This document shows, one piece after another, positions 28,704-36,003 of a DNA stretch of 36,003 bases (positions are counted from its first letter, which is position 1; the number at the start of each line of letters is the position of its first letter). A model generated the notes under the pieces. That model did not search any database and was not told the DNA's origin. It worked only from the letters and a program-made list of their open reading frames with translations. Origin of the DNA: an uncultured Planctomycetota bacterium (GTDB lineage Bacteria; Planctomycetota; JACQVV01; CAZANL01); the NCBI GenBank assembly GCA_964566865.1, contig CAZMLI010000005.1, forward strand, positions 1 to 36,003, given 5' to 3'. A program made the translations under genes and the position numbers.

Positions 28704-30068
28704 TCAGGCGTCCTGCTTCTTGCCCGGTTCCTCGAAACGGATCTCGGCGGACCTCGCGTGCGCCTCGAGCCCCTCCAGCCGGGCCAGATTCACCAGATGC
28801 GTCAGGTCGTTCTGCAGACCGCCGCGTTCGTACGAGACGCGGCTACGCCGCGTGAGGAAGTCGAAAACAGACAGCCCGGAGCAAAACCGTGCAGTGGAGC
28901 CGGTCGGCAGCACGTGCGATGGTCCCGCCATGTAGTCGCCGACCACCTCCGGCGTGAACGGGCCCAGGAAAGTGGCCCCCGCCGAGGTGATCTTCTGGGC
29001 CGTCGACTCCGGATTGCTGGTCAGCACCGACAGATGCTCCGGTGCAATGCGGTCGGCCAGCGCGCAGGCCTCGTCGATGCTCTCGACGACCAGCACCAGC
29101 CCGTACTGCGAAAGCGCTTCCTTGCAAATCGCCTTGCGCGGCAAGCTTTCGATCTGTATCCGCAGCGCGTCCAGCACGGCCTGCGCCAGCTCGGCGCTGG
29201 TGGTGATCAGGATGCAGGCCGCCTGGGGATCGTGCTCGGCCTGCGCCAGCAGATCGGCCGCAATCCACTCGGGGGTCGCCGTCTCGTCCGCCAGCACCAG
29301 CAGCTCGGTCGGGCCGGCGAGCATGTCGATGCCCACCTGACCGAAGACCAGCCGCTTGGCCAGCGTGACATAGATGTTGCCTGGGCCGACGATCATGTCG
29401 ACCGCCGGAATCGACTCGGTGCCGAACGCCATGGCGGCGATCGCCTGGGCGCCGCCGACACGATAGACCTCGCCGATGCCACACAGATAGCAGGCGGCCA
29501 GCACCGATGGATGGACCTTGCCATCGCTGTCCGGCGGTGTGCAGACGGCGATCTGGCTCACGCCCGCGACATTGGCCGGAATCGCGGTCATCAGCACCGT
29601 CGAGGGATAAGCCGCGCGCCCACCGGGCACGTAGATACCCACCCGGCGAATGGGGGTGAAGCGCAGCTCCAGCTGGCGGGCAAACCCGGTCAGCATGCGC
29701 ACGCCGGAGTCATAGATCGACTCCTGGTAGCGATTGATCGCGTCGCGGGCGGCTTCGAGCGCCGCACGTTCATCGGCGGTGAGTGACTCCCAGGCCTTGC
29801 GCATCTCCTCCTGACCGACCGCGAACTGGCCCGAATCGAGGGTCACTCCGTCATGCTCGCGCGTCAGCCGGATGATCGCCTCGTCGCCTGATTCGCGCAC
29901 CTGACCGAGGATCTCGACCACCTGACTCAGCGGGGCGTCCTTGTCTCGACCGTCTAGCTGATCGAGAAAGTCTCCGCGCCGCAGGATCCGTTCGAGACGG
30001 CCTTCGGTTTCCGGCATGCCAACCTGCAAGATCGGCAAGATCAATTCCTTCTGCCCGGTGCTGGTCAT
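28704..30068 (-). CDS. hisD: Histidinol dehydrogenase
   Basis: HisD-family sequence throughout (IVGPGNIYVTLAKR, AQAEHD, GDYMAGPSHVLPT). 454 aa. Confidence 0.95.
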   Translation of the reverse strand: MTSTGQKELILPILQVGMPETEGRLERILRRGDFLDQLDGRDKDAPLSQVVEILGQVRESGDEAIIRLTREHDGVTLDSGQFAVGQEEMRKAWESLTADERAALEAARDAINRYQESIYDSGVRMLTGFARQLELRFTPIRRVGIYVPGGRAAYPSTVLMTAIPANVAGVSQIAVCTPPDSDGKVHPSVLAACYLCGIGEVYRVGGAQAIAAMAFGTESIPAVDMIVGPGNIYVTLAKRLVFGQVGIDMLAGPTELLVLADETATPEWIAADLLAQAEHDPQAACILITTSAELAQAVLDALRIQIESLPRKAICKEALSQYGLVLVVESIDEACALADRIAPEHLSVLTSNPESTAQKITSAGATFLGPFTPEVVGDYMAGPSHVLPTGSTARFCSGLSVFDFLTRRSRVSYERGGLQNDLTHLVNLARLEGLEAHARSAEIRFEEPGKKQDA

Positions 30069-30185
30069 CGCTACGTCCTATCGCTATGTCATGCGCATAC
30101 GTGGCTGCGTAGCCAACGTAGGTTTTTCTGGTCGAATGTGCAAAGTAGCACGGGGATTATGGCGAAGCAAGCTAGTCCGGGCTAA

Positions 30186-30207
30186 CCCGGATTATTCATA
30201 ATCCGGG
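30186..30207 (-). terminator. 10-bp perfect-stem hairpin CCCGGATTAT-TC-ATAATCCGGG immediately after a stop codon
   Basis: Seen directly. It abuts the TAG at 30208-30210. There is no U-tract, so it may be an operator rather than an intrinsic terminator. Confidence 0.35.
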
Positions 30208-30384
30208 CTAACTGTCGGAGCGACTGACGCCATCCAGGGTGCGGCCTGCGATGAAGAGCAGGGCGCCAATTATCAGGCTCGTCAACTCCACCGCCATCGA
30301 GCCCTGACTGATGCCATAGAACAGGCCCACGGGTAATACGACCATCCCGAGAATCTGCAGAAACCGCCCTAAGGTCATGGGCAT
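30208..30384 (-). CDS. Small two-TM membrane protein, 58 aa
   Basis: MPMTLGRFLQILGMVVLPVGLFYG...LTSLIIGALLFIAG. The start overlaps the upstream stop (TGATG). The track start at 30537 is rejected because it overlaps the upstream gene. Confidence 0.4.
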   Translation of the reverse strand: MPMTLGRFLQILGMVVLPVGLFYGISQGSMAVELTSLIIGALLFIAGRTLDGVSRSDS

Positions 30385-31301
30385 CAGAACAATGCGTCGA
30401 GCTTGTTTTCCCGACACCAGGCGCGCAAACGAGTCAGCAGCTGACCCAGCTTCCGCGGCTCCCGATAGGCCGAGCGCGGGATCGGGATGCGCGTCAACCG
30501 GTGCAGGGCGCCGGCCGCCTCGTCGCGCACGAGCCACTCGGTATCTTGTTGCAAACGGTTGACCAGCGCCTTGAGGGTGCGTGCCTCCGGGTACCCCGCG
30601 AGCACGCTGCAGGCCTTGGCCCGGACGAACGGCGAGGCGGAGTCGCGCGCGAGTCGCCGCAGGAACTTCAGGCTCTTGCGGCCGCTGATCTGCTCTAGCG
30701 CCAGCATCGCGCTGATCCGGTTGAACTCGTCCGGGTCGGACAACGCCATTTGCTGCAGACCGCCGATCGCGGGCGTGTAGCGGACCTTGCCGACCAGTCG
30801 CGCCACCTCGTTGCGCACGCTGATGTTCTCGTCCGCGAGCAACTCCGTCACCTGTGCCCCGTGCAGGCCGATCCCCTGCTCGCCGAGCAGGGCCAGTCCG
30901 TAGAGCCGACGCGCCGCGCTGCTGCTGACCAGCAAGGCAGCGATCTCCTCGCGTGCTTCATCCGCAGGCAACTCGGGGAGGCGGCCGATCTGCGCCTCGC
31001 TCACCGGATTGGGTGACATGATGCGTTGCTCGGCGAGGTTGGTCAGCATCACCAGCCGGGTCGGGAAGGTGGCCAGGTACTGCAGCCGCTGAATCAGCCG
31101 GCCATGAATCAGCGGATCGTGGGGCGCTTCGCGTTCCTTGGCGTAGCCCACCTGGTCGAGCAGCTTGTCCAGCGTCTCGGCGGTGATGCTGTCCGCGCGC
31201 GCGACGCCGCCGGTGTCGGGCACCCAGACCTGGGTGACCTCCCCCATATAGCCGCACCCTGCACCGAGCAGCAGGAACAAGCACATCAACAGTTTGATCA
31301 T
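30384..31301 (-). CDS. HEAT-repeat putative lipoprotein
   Basis: MIKLLMCLFLLLGAGCG signal/lipobox. HEAT-like repeats (SVRNEVARLVGKV..., SPFVRAKACSVLAG..., WLVRDEAAGAL). Confidence 0.75.
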   Translation of the reverse strand: MIKLLMCLFLLLGAGCGYMGEVTQVWVPDTGGVARADSITAETLDKLLDQVGYAKEREAPHDPLIHGRLIQRLQYLATFPTRLVMLTNLAEQRIMSPNPVSEAQIGRLPELPADEAREEIAALLVSSSAARRLYGLALLGEQGIGLHGAQVTELLADENISVRNEVARLVGKVRYTPAIGGLQQMALSDPDEFNRISAMLALEQISGRKSLKFLRRLARDSASPFVRAKACSVLAGYPEARTLKALVNRLQQDTEWLVRDEAAGALHRLTRIPIPRSAYREPRKLGQLLTRLRAWCRENKLDALF

Positions 31302-31411
31302 TGATCTTGCGGTTCGGGCCCAAAATTGCCAGCGCAGCGCGCTCGGCGGAAAAGCACCCCGCAAATGAGGTGAGATCATGAATATTCCGGCTAGAGTATA
31401 TCACCCAACTG

Positions 31412-32353
31412 ATGATAGCCGAGAAGATCCATGGACTCGGGCCACTGCGCCCTGCGACGGACAAGCAAAGCAGCCTCGTGGGCAGCATGACCGAGGCGCT
31501 CTGGTACGTCGCCGACGGGCGGCCGTACGAGGAGTTGATGGCCGCGACCTGCAACGCGTTCGTCTTCTGCGCGAGCCCTGAGGTGGCCTGCCCCGGCCGG
31601 TGGATCGAGCGCTGCCCGGATGTGGCGCTGCCCACCGCCTCGCGCTCGGCGGGCCTCGACCTGATCTACCACGAAACACCTGAGGGCGGCGATACGACCG
31701 GCCCTGAGTGGCTCAAGATCCGGCAGTCGATGGGCGTCGCGCTCGAGGATCGCCGGCCGGTGCTCTGCCGCGGCGGCTGGGCCGACCGCCTGACACACGA
31801 CTGGGGCGTGCTGACCGGATTCGACAGCGCCGGGCTGCCGGCCGGGCACTGCTGGACGGGCGGACAGCAGTCGGTCGAGGCGCTGATCGCGCCGCCCACG
31901 CAGCTGATCTTCTTCGGTCGCGAGCTGTCCCGGCCAGGGGCGCGCGAGTTGACGCTCGAGATCCTGCGCAATGCGATCCTGGCGCTCGATGGCACGATCA
32001 GCGGGCATGTCGTGCTCGGCCGGAGCTGGGCAATCGGGCCGGACGCGCTGCACTGCTGGGCCGAGCGACTCGAGGGCAACGGGCCGTTTTGTTCGCTCTG
32101 CGACTCCAGCTGCCTGGAACAACTGCGCGCACATTATCGCGACACCCGGCGCTGGGCCGGACGCTACCTCAGCGACACCGCGGCGCTGCGGCTGGGCAAG
32201 GTGCGCCCCGCGCGCGCGATCGGCAAGCAGTTCCGCGAGCTTGCCGAGAGCCTCGCGACGCCCGACCGCGAGACGCTGGCGGCAGCCGTTCGCCAGGCCG
32301 CACGAACCGAGGTCGAGCTGGCGCGACAGCTGGGTGAGCTGATCGGGCAATGA
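31412..32353 (+). CDS. Hypothetical Cys/Trp-rich protein, 313 aa
   Basis: High GC3 in this frame and a diverse composition. The antisense 338-aa ORF is Arg/Ala-rich shadow. The start could instead be the ATG at 31487. Confidence 0.6.
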   Translation: MIAEKIHGLGPLRPATDKQSSLVGSMTEALWYVADGRPYEELMAATCNAFVFCASPEVACPGRWIERCPDVALPTASRSAGLDLIYHETPEGGDTTGPEWLKIRQSMGVALEDRRPVLCRGGWADRLTHDWGVLTGFDSAGLPAGHCWTGGQQSVEALIAPPTQLIFFGRELSRPGARELTLEILRNAILALDGTISGHVVLGRSWAIGPDALHCWAERLEGNGPFCSLCDSSCLEQLRAHYRDTRRWAGRYLSDTAALRLGKVRPARAIGKQFRELAESLATPDRETLAAAVRQAARTEVELARQLGELIGQ

Positions 32354-33141
32354 CTCCGGAGGAAGAAGAAAGCGTTCAACTGCGGGTGGCACAGACGCCG
32401 ACCGCACCGCACGAATGCCACTTCTTCGCCGTCGACCTGGAGCTTGCAGCGCGGATCAAGCAGACGCTGCTCGACCACAGCGTGCCGGCCTATCTCGACC
32501 CACAGGCGCCGCCGGTGTTTCGCATCGTGGCGCCGCTGGCGCACGCCATGCGAGCCCGGACGCTGCTGGAGCGCCACCTCGGGCGGGTGATCGTCCAGGA
32601 ACTGGAGGATACGCTGCTGTTCTGGCCGCCCCCGGCGCAACCCGCCCTGCTGACCGCCGACAAGCTGGACGCAGACGCGATTGATGCCCTGGCGGAGATC
32701 GCCCGCGGGCCGATTGCCGAGGACCGTCGCCTGGCCGCCACGCGACTCTGCAAGCTGCGAGGATTCGGGGTCGAGACCCTGTACCAGCTGCTGGCCGAAT
32801 GCTGCGAGATGGACGATCGGGAGCGGGGCTGGGAACTGGTCGGCGCGCTGTCACGCGCGGGGCAGCAACCGATCGCGCAGGTCTACCTGGCGCTGCTGCG
32901 TCACGCCGACAGCAGAGTGCGGTTCCTGGCCGTGATGTTCATGCCCCGGATCGGCTCGGCCGAAGGCGTTCCCTTGCTCGTCGGGCTGCTCCGAGACCCG
33001 GATGTGGACGTCCGGGCCGAGGCCAGCGACGCGCTCTGGGAGTTGACCTCCGAATCAATCGATTTTGACCCCGCAGCGCCTCTGGAGGCCCGAGAACAGG
33101 CTATCGGCCAGTGGGAAGCCTGGCTGGACAAATGGTCATGA
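32350..33141 (+). CDS. HEAT-repeat protein with small N-terminal alpha/beta domain
   Basis: DSRVRFLAVMFMPRIGSAEGVPLLVGLLRDPDVDVRAEASDALWEL. ATGA overlap with the upstream gene. Confidence 0.75.
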   Translation: MTPEEEESVQLRVAQTPTAPHECHFFAVDLELAARIKQTLLDHSVPAYLDPQAPPVFRIVAPLAHAMRARTLLERHLGRVIVQELEDTLLFWPPPAQPALLTADKLDADAIDALAEIARGPIAEDRRLAATRLCKLRGFGVETLYQLLAECCEMDDRERGWELVGALSRAGQQPIAQVYLALLRHADSRVRFLAVMFMPRIGSAEGVPLLVGLLRDPDVDVRAEASDALWELTSESIDFDPAAPLEAREQAIGQWEAWLDKWS

Positions 33142-33148
33142 CTGCGCT

Positions 33149-33682
33149 ATGCTCCCGACTGTCATGAGCCGGTTCAGGCACCTCACCATTTTAACATTCC
33201 TCGCGACACTGCTGGTTGGATGCCCCCCCAAGGGAGGCACGCACTACAACAACGGCGTGGCCCAGTTCAAAGAGAAGAAGTACCCCGCTGCGATCACCGC
33301 TTTCGAGAAGGCGATCGCGAGCAACCCCGACTTCTCCGAAGCCTATCTGTCCATCGGCCTGTGCTACTACCAGCTCAAGCAGTACGACAAGGCGCGGGCT
33401 TACACCCAGGACGGGATCGACAAGCTGCTCGCCGGCAAGGTCGTCTCTACCAAGGACGAGTGGACCGTGCAGCAAAAGACCGCCCTCGGACACTGGCACC
33501 TGGGCCTGATCAGCGAGGATCTCTACCGCCAGGCGATCACCAAGGACAACAAGGCGGCTATCTTGCACCTGAAGCAAGCCCGGACCGACTACCAGAAGGC
33601 GGCCAAGCTCGACAGCGGCAACGAGGACTACTCGAAGCGCGTCAAGTTGACTGATGACATGCTGAAGAAGTTGGGCACGTAA
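33149..33682 (+). CDS. TPR-repeat lipoprotein
   Basis: Signal peptide with a canonical lipobox (LLVGC). TPR unit: YNNGVAQFKEKKYPAAITAFEKAIASNPDFSEAY. An alternative ATG lies at 33164. Confidence 0.8.
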   Translation: MLPTVMSRFRHLTILTFLATLLVGCPPKGGTHYNNGVAQFKEKKYPAAITAFEKAIASNPDFSEAYLSIGLCYYQLKQYDKARAYTQDGIDKLLAGKVVSTKDEWTVQQKTALGHWHLGLISEDLYRQAITKDNKAAILHLKQARTDYQKAAKLDSGNEDYSKRVKLTDDMLKKLGT

Positions 33683-33719
33683 GCGCTCATAGGGCTTACT
33701 TTCAAAGCGGCGATGTTGC

Positions 33720-35204
33720 GTGACCACACAGCCAAGACTGGCCATCCTCCAATTTTCCAGCAGACTCGATCAGGGCGTCGACCCGCTCGGGCCCACCCGG
33801 GGTTTGCCCCGACTTCTCGCCAGCACGCTCCAGACTGTCAGTGAAATCCACTGTGAGGTCCGCGACCTGCAGCACAGCGTCGAAGAGGGAAAGACCGAGG
33901 CGGTCTACCTGGAAGATATGCTGTCGCGCGAAGAAGCCATCCAGCTGGCCCAGGTCGGCGACTCCGACTGGTGCCTGTACGGACTGATCAGCGACCTCGA
34001 CGGCGCGCTCAAGCTGGACTTCAGCTTGCTCGCCGTGGACGGCAGCCAGCTGGTCCTGCAAGAAACGCTCGAGGGAACGTCGGCGGAACTGGGCAAGCTG
34101 GCCGGTGAACTGGCGACCCGCGTCTGTTCGACCGTCGCGCCCGAAATCAAACTGCCGGGTCTAGCACTTCTGCGCGAAGGGCTGTCGGAGAACCCGCAGG
34201 CGATGATGCTGTATCTGGTCGGCCTGGCGCAGAGCCAGCTGACACAGCGCGCCGAGAAACTGAAGGAGGCGGTCGAGGCGGACCCGAGCTTCGTCGACGC
34301 CGGACTCGAGCTCGCGCAGAGCCACTTGCTGCGCCGCGAATTCGAACTCGCCGAGGCGCAAATCATCGCACACACCTCGCCCGAAGCGATCAGCCGCGAG
34401 AAGCTGCTATCGGTCGCGCTGCGCTTCTTCTCGCGCGGCTTCGTCCAGGAATCGATCTACCTGGCGCGCAAGGCGATGATGTGGGGCCCCGACAAGCACG
34501 AGAGCTACCTGCCCTACATCAAGATCGCGCTGCTGACGGGCAACGTCGGCGATGGGGTCAAGTACACCCAGCGAGCGGCCGCCCTGGCGCCCGACGAGGC
34601 GATCTACCAGGCCTACCTGGCGCTGTTCTACCGCTTCCTGCAGCAGCCCGAGAACTCGCTCAGCCATGGTCGACGGGGGGTCCAGCTCGGCCCCAACGAG
34701 GCGTTCCACCACTATGCGCTGGGTTCGGCGCATCTGTTCTCCGGCGCGATCGAAGAATCGCTCCCCCACTTCCAGCGTGCGCTGGAGTTGAATCCGAGCG
34801 ATGTGGCGACGCATCGTGAAATGGCGCTGGCGCACTGCGAGATCAGCACCGTCGAAGATGCGCGCGCACACATCGAACAGTCCCTGCAGGTCCTGCCGAC
34901 CGACTCTTTCCTGCTGACCGTCAAGGCGCGCACCTGGGCCACCGAGGATCCAGCGGTCGCCGAGCAGGCCCTCGAACTGGCGATCCAACATCAGCCTTCG
35001 TTCCCCGACGCCCATGGCCTGCTGGGCAGCCTGCTGCGCGAGCGCGGCGAATACGACCGCGCAGAGGAGCACCTGGAGCAGGCGATCGCGCTGGATGGCC
35101 AGAACCCGGAGTGGTACCGCGAACTGGGGCGGATGTACCTGGCAACATCCAACCCACAGCAAGCGCAGACTGCGTTTGCGCGGGCCCAGGAGCTGGAGGA
35201 GTGA
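33720..35204 (+). CDS. Large TPR-repeat protein with TolB-N-like N-terminal domain
   Basis: PRLAILQFSS... N-terminus followed by about 8 TPR units. GTG start. Confidence 0.85.
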   Translation: MTTQPRLAILQFSSRLDQGVDPLGPTRGLPRLLASTLQTVSEIHCEVRDLQHSVEEGKTEAVYLEDMLSREEAIQLAQVGDSDWCLYGLISDLDGALKLDFSLLAVDGSQLVLQETLEGTSAELGKLAGELATRVCSTVAPEIKLPGLALLREGLSENPQAMMLYLVGLAQSQLTQRAEKLKEAVEADPSFVDAGLELAQSHLLRREFELAEAQIIAHTSPEAISREKLLSVALRFFSRGFVQESIYLARKAMMWGPDKHESYLPYIKIALLTGNVGDGVKYTQRAAALAPDEAIYQAYLALFYRFLQQPENSLSHGRRGVQLGPNEAFHHYALGSAHLFSGAIEESLPHFQRALELNPSDVATHREMALAHCEISTVEDARAHIEQSLQVLPTDSFLLTVKARTWATEDPAVAEQALELAIQHQPSFPDAHGLLGSLLRERGEYDRAEEHLEQAIALDGQNPEWYRELGRMYLATSNPQQAQTAFARAQELEE

Positions 35205-35857
35205 TGAGCGAGGATCAGGACACACTGTTCGGTCGGCTCGCGGTGCAGAACCACATGGTGACGCAGGATCACATCCAGCGCTGCCTGCGCCTGCAGAACG
35301 AGAGCCCGGCCGACCAGAAGGTGCCGCTGGGGCAGCTGCTGGTCGAACAGCAACTGCTCACCATCACCCAGCTCAACTGGCTGATCGAGACCCAGACCGG
35401 CCTGCTGGACAGCCAGGAGGTCAAGGCGCTCAGGACTCCCGAAGAGGCGCTGTTCGGCAAGCTCGCGCTCTCGCAGAACTTCCTCAACCGCGACCAGCTC
35501 AACCAGTGCGTGCGTGAGAAGGCCAACCTGGCGCGTCTGAAGATCAACTTCCGCCTGGGCGAGATCATGATCAAGCAGGGCTTCATGACCGCCGAGCAGG
35601 TCAAGGTGATCCTGCAGGTTCAGCAGAAGCGCATTCTGGTCTGTGAGGACTGTCACTGCCGCTTCAACATCGCCAGCTTCGAGAGCGATCCCAACCTGAC
35701 CTGCAAGTTCTGCGGCAAGACACTGATCGTGCCACGCGACTGCGACTCCGTGATGGTCAAGGAGACCTTGCGCATGCCCAAGCTCTCGACCGAATCGGTT
35801 CGGCTGGACAAGAAAAGACGCAAGCGCCAGAAGAAGAAGGAAAAGAAAGAGAAGTAG
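35204..35857 (+). CDS. Protein with four MshEN-like helical motifs, a zinc ribbon and a poly-Lys tail, 217 aa
   Basis: See findings. The start overlaps the upstream stop (TGATG). The track start at 35111 is rejected. Confidence 0.75.
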   Translation: MSEDQDTLFGRLAVQNHMVTQDHIQRCLRLQNESPADQKVPLGQLLVEQQLLTITQLNWLIETQTGLLDSQEVKALRTPEEALFGKLALSQNFLNRDQLNQCVREKANLARLKINFRLGEIMIKQGFMTAEQVKVILQVQQKRILVCEDCHCRFNIASFESDPNLTCKFCGKTLIVPRDCDSVMVKETLRMPKLSTESVRLDKKRRKRQKKKEKKEK

Positions 35858-35874
35858 CTACGGCATGAGTCAGG

Positions 35875-36003
35875 TTACCCAAGCATTGGGATGACCTTCC
35901 CCGACAGATAGGGGCTATCCGCGACGCAGAAGCGCCAGGGCAGTTGCTTGCCGCTGCTGATGCCGATGCGCGTGGTGCTGATGGACGCGGGCCGGCGCCG
36001 CCG
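35875..36003 (-). CDS. C-terminal 42 codons of an unidentified convergent gene (partial)
   Basis: Hand translation gives RRRRPASISTTRIGISSGKQLPWRFCVADSPYLSGKVIPMLG, then a TAA stop at 35875-35877. GC3 is very high in this frame. Confidence 0.35.
   Translation of the reverse strand, partial: RRRRPASISTTRIGISSGKQLPWRFCVADSPYLSGKVIPMLG

Noticed and set aside
30069-30207. Possible histidine attenuator or leader peptide upstream of hisD
   Set aside because: There is no run of His codons and no leader ORF. The only candidate is a 4-codon ORF (MRMT).
31391-32407. 338-aa minus-strand ORF competing with the plus-strand 313-aa ORF
   Set aside because: The minus-strand translation is Arg/Ala-rich. 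The plus-strand frame has high GC3, a diverse composition (W, Y, C, H, F) and an ATGA coupling to the next gene.

Overview
The window is 36 kb, roughly 65% GC and densely coding. I call 35 CDS: two run off the window ends and one is a probable kinase pseudogene. I found no rRNA, tRNA, CRISPR array, transposase, integrase or phage-like genes, so this reads as chromosomal backbone rather than a mobile or defence island. Housekeeping genes are rny-ymdB, rpmE-prfA, hisD, an MCAD-like acyl-CoA dehydrogenase and a cyclophilin. They are interleaved with a signalling-rich set: three intact Hanks-type Ser/Thr kinases plus one N-lobe-only remnant, a GAF-type sigma-54 activator, a STAS protein, a MarR regulator, and many TPR/HEAT repeat proteins, several of them putative lipoproteins. 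The repertoire (kinase-FGE fusion, fused MFS/spermidine synthase, RNase Y, HEAT/TPR lipoproteins) suggests a Planctomycetota- or Myxococcota-like lineage; this is inference only. The most interesting signals are as follows. (1) A repeated sensor module of tandem MshEN-like 24-residue motifs plus a zinc ribbon sits at the N-termini of two giant kinases. It also occurs as a stand-alone protein with a poly-lysine tail at the end of an uncharacterised 5-gene HEAT/TPR operon (31412-35857). (2) A tightly coupled 5-gene operon (6748 down to 1) runs GAF sigma-54 activator, unknown protein, J-domain/TPR protein, zinc-ribbon kinase fused to an apparently catalytically dead class III cyclase domain, then fused MFS/spermidine synthase. 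(3) A near-consensus sigma-54 promoter with a perfect 14-bp palindrome about 86 bp upstream lies in front of an envelope/glycan operon (22266-25931). (4) Back-to-back promoters with overlapping -35 boxes imply two leaderless transcripts (6749-6812). All domain calls come from reading the supplied translations by eye; no database search was run.
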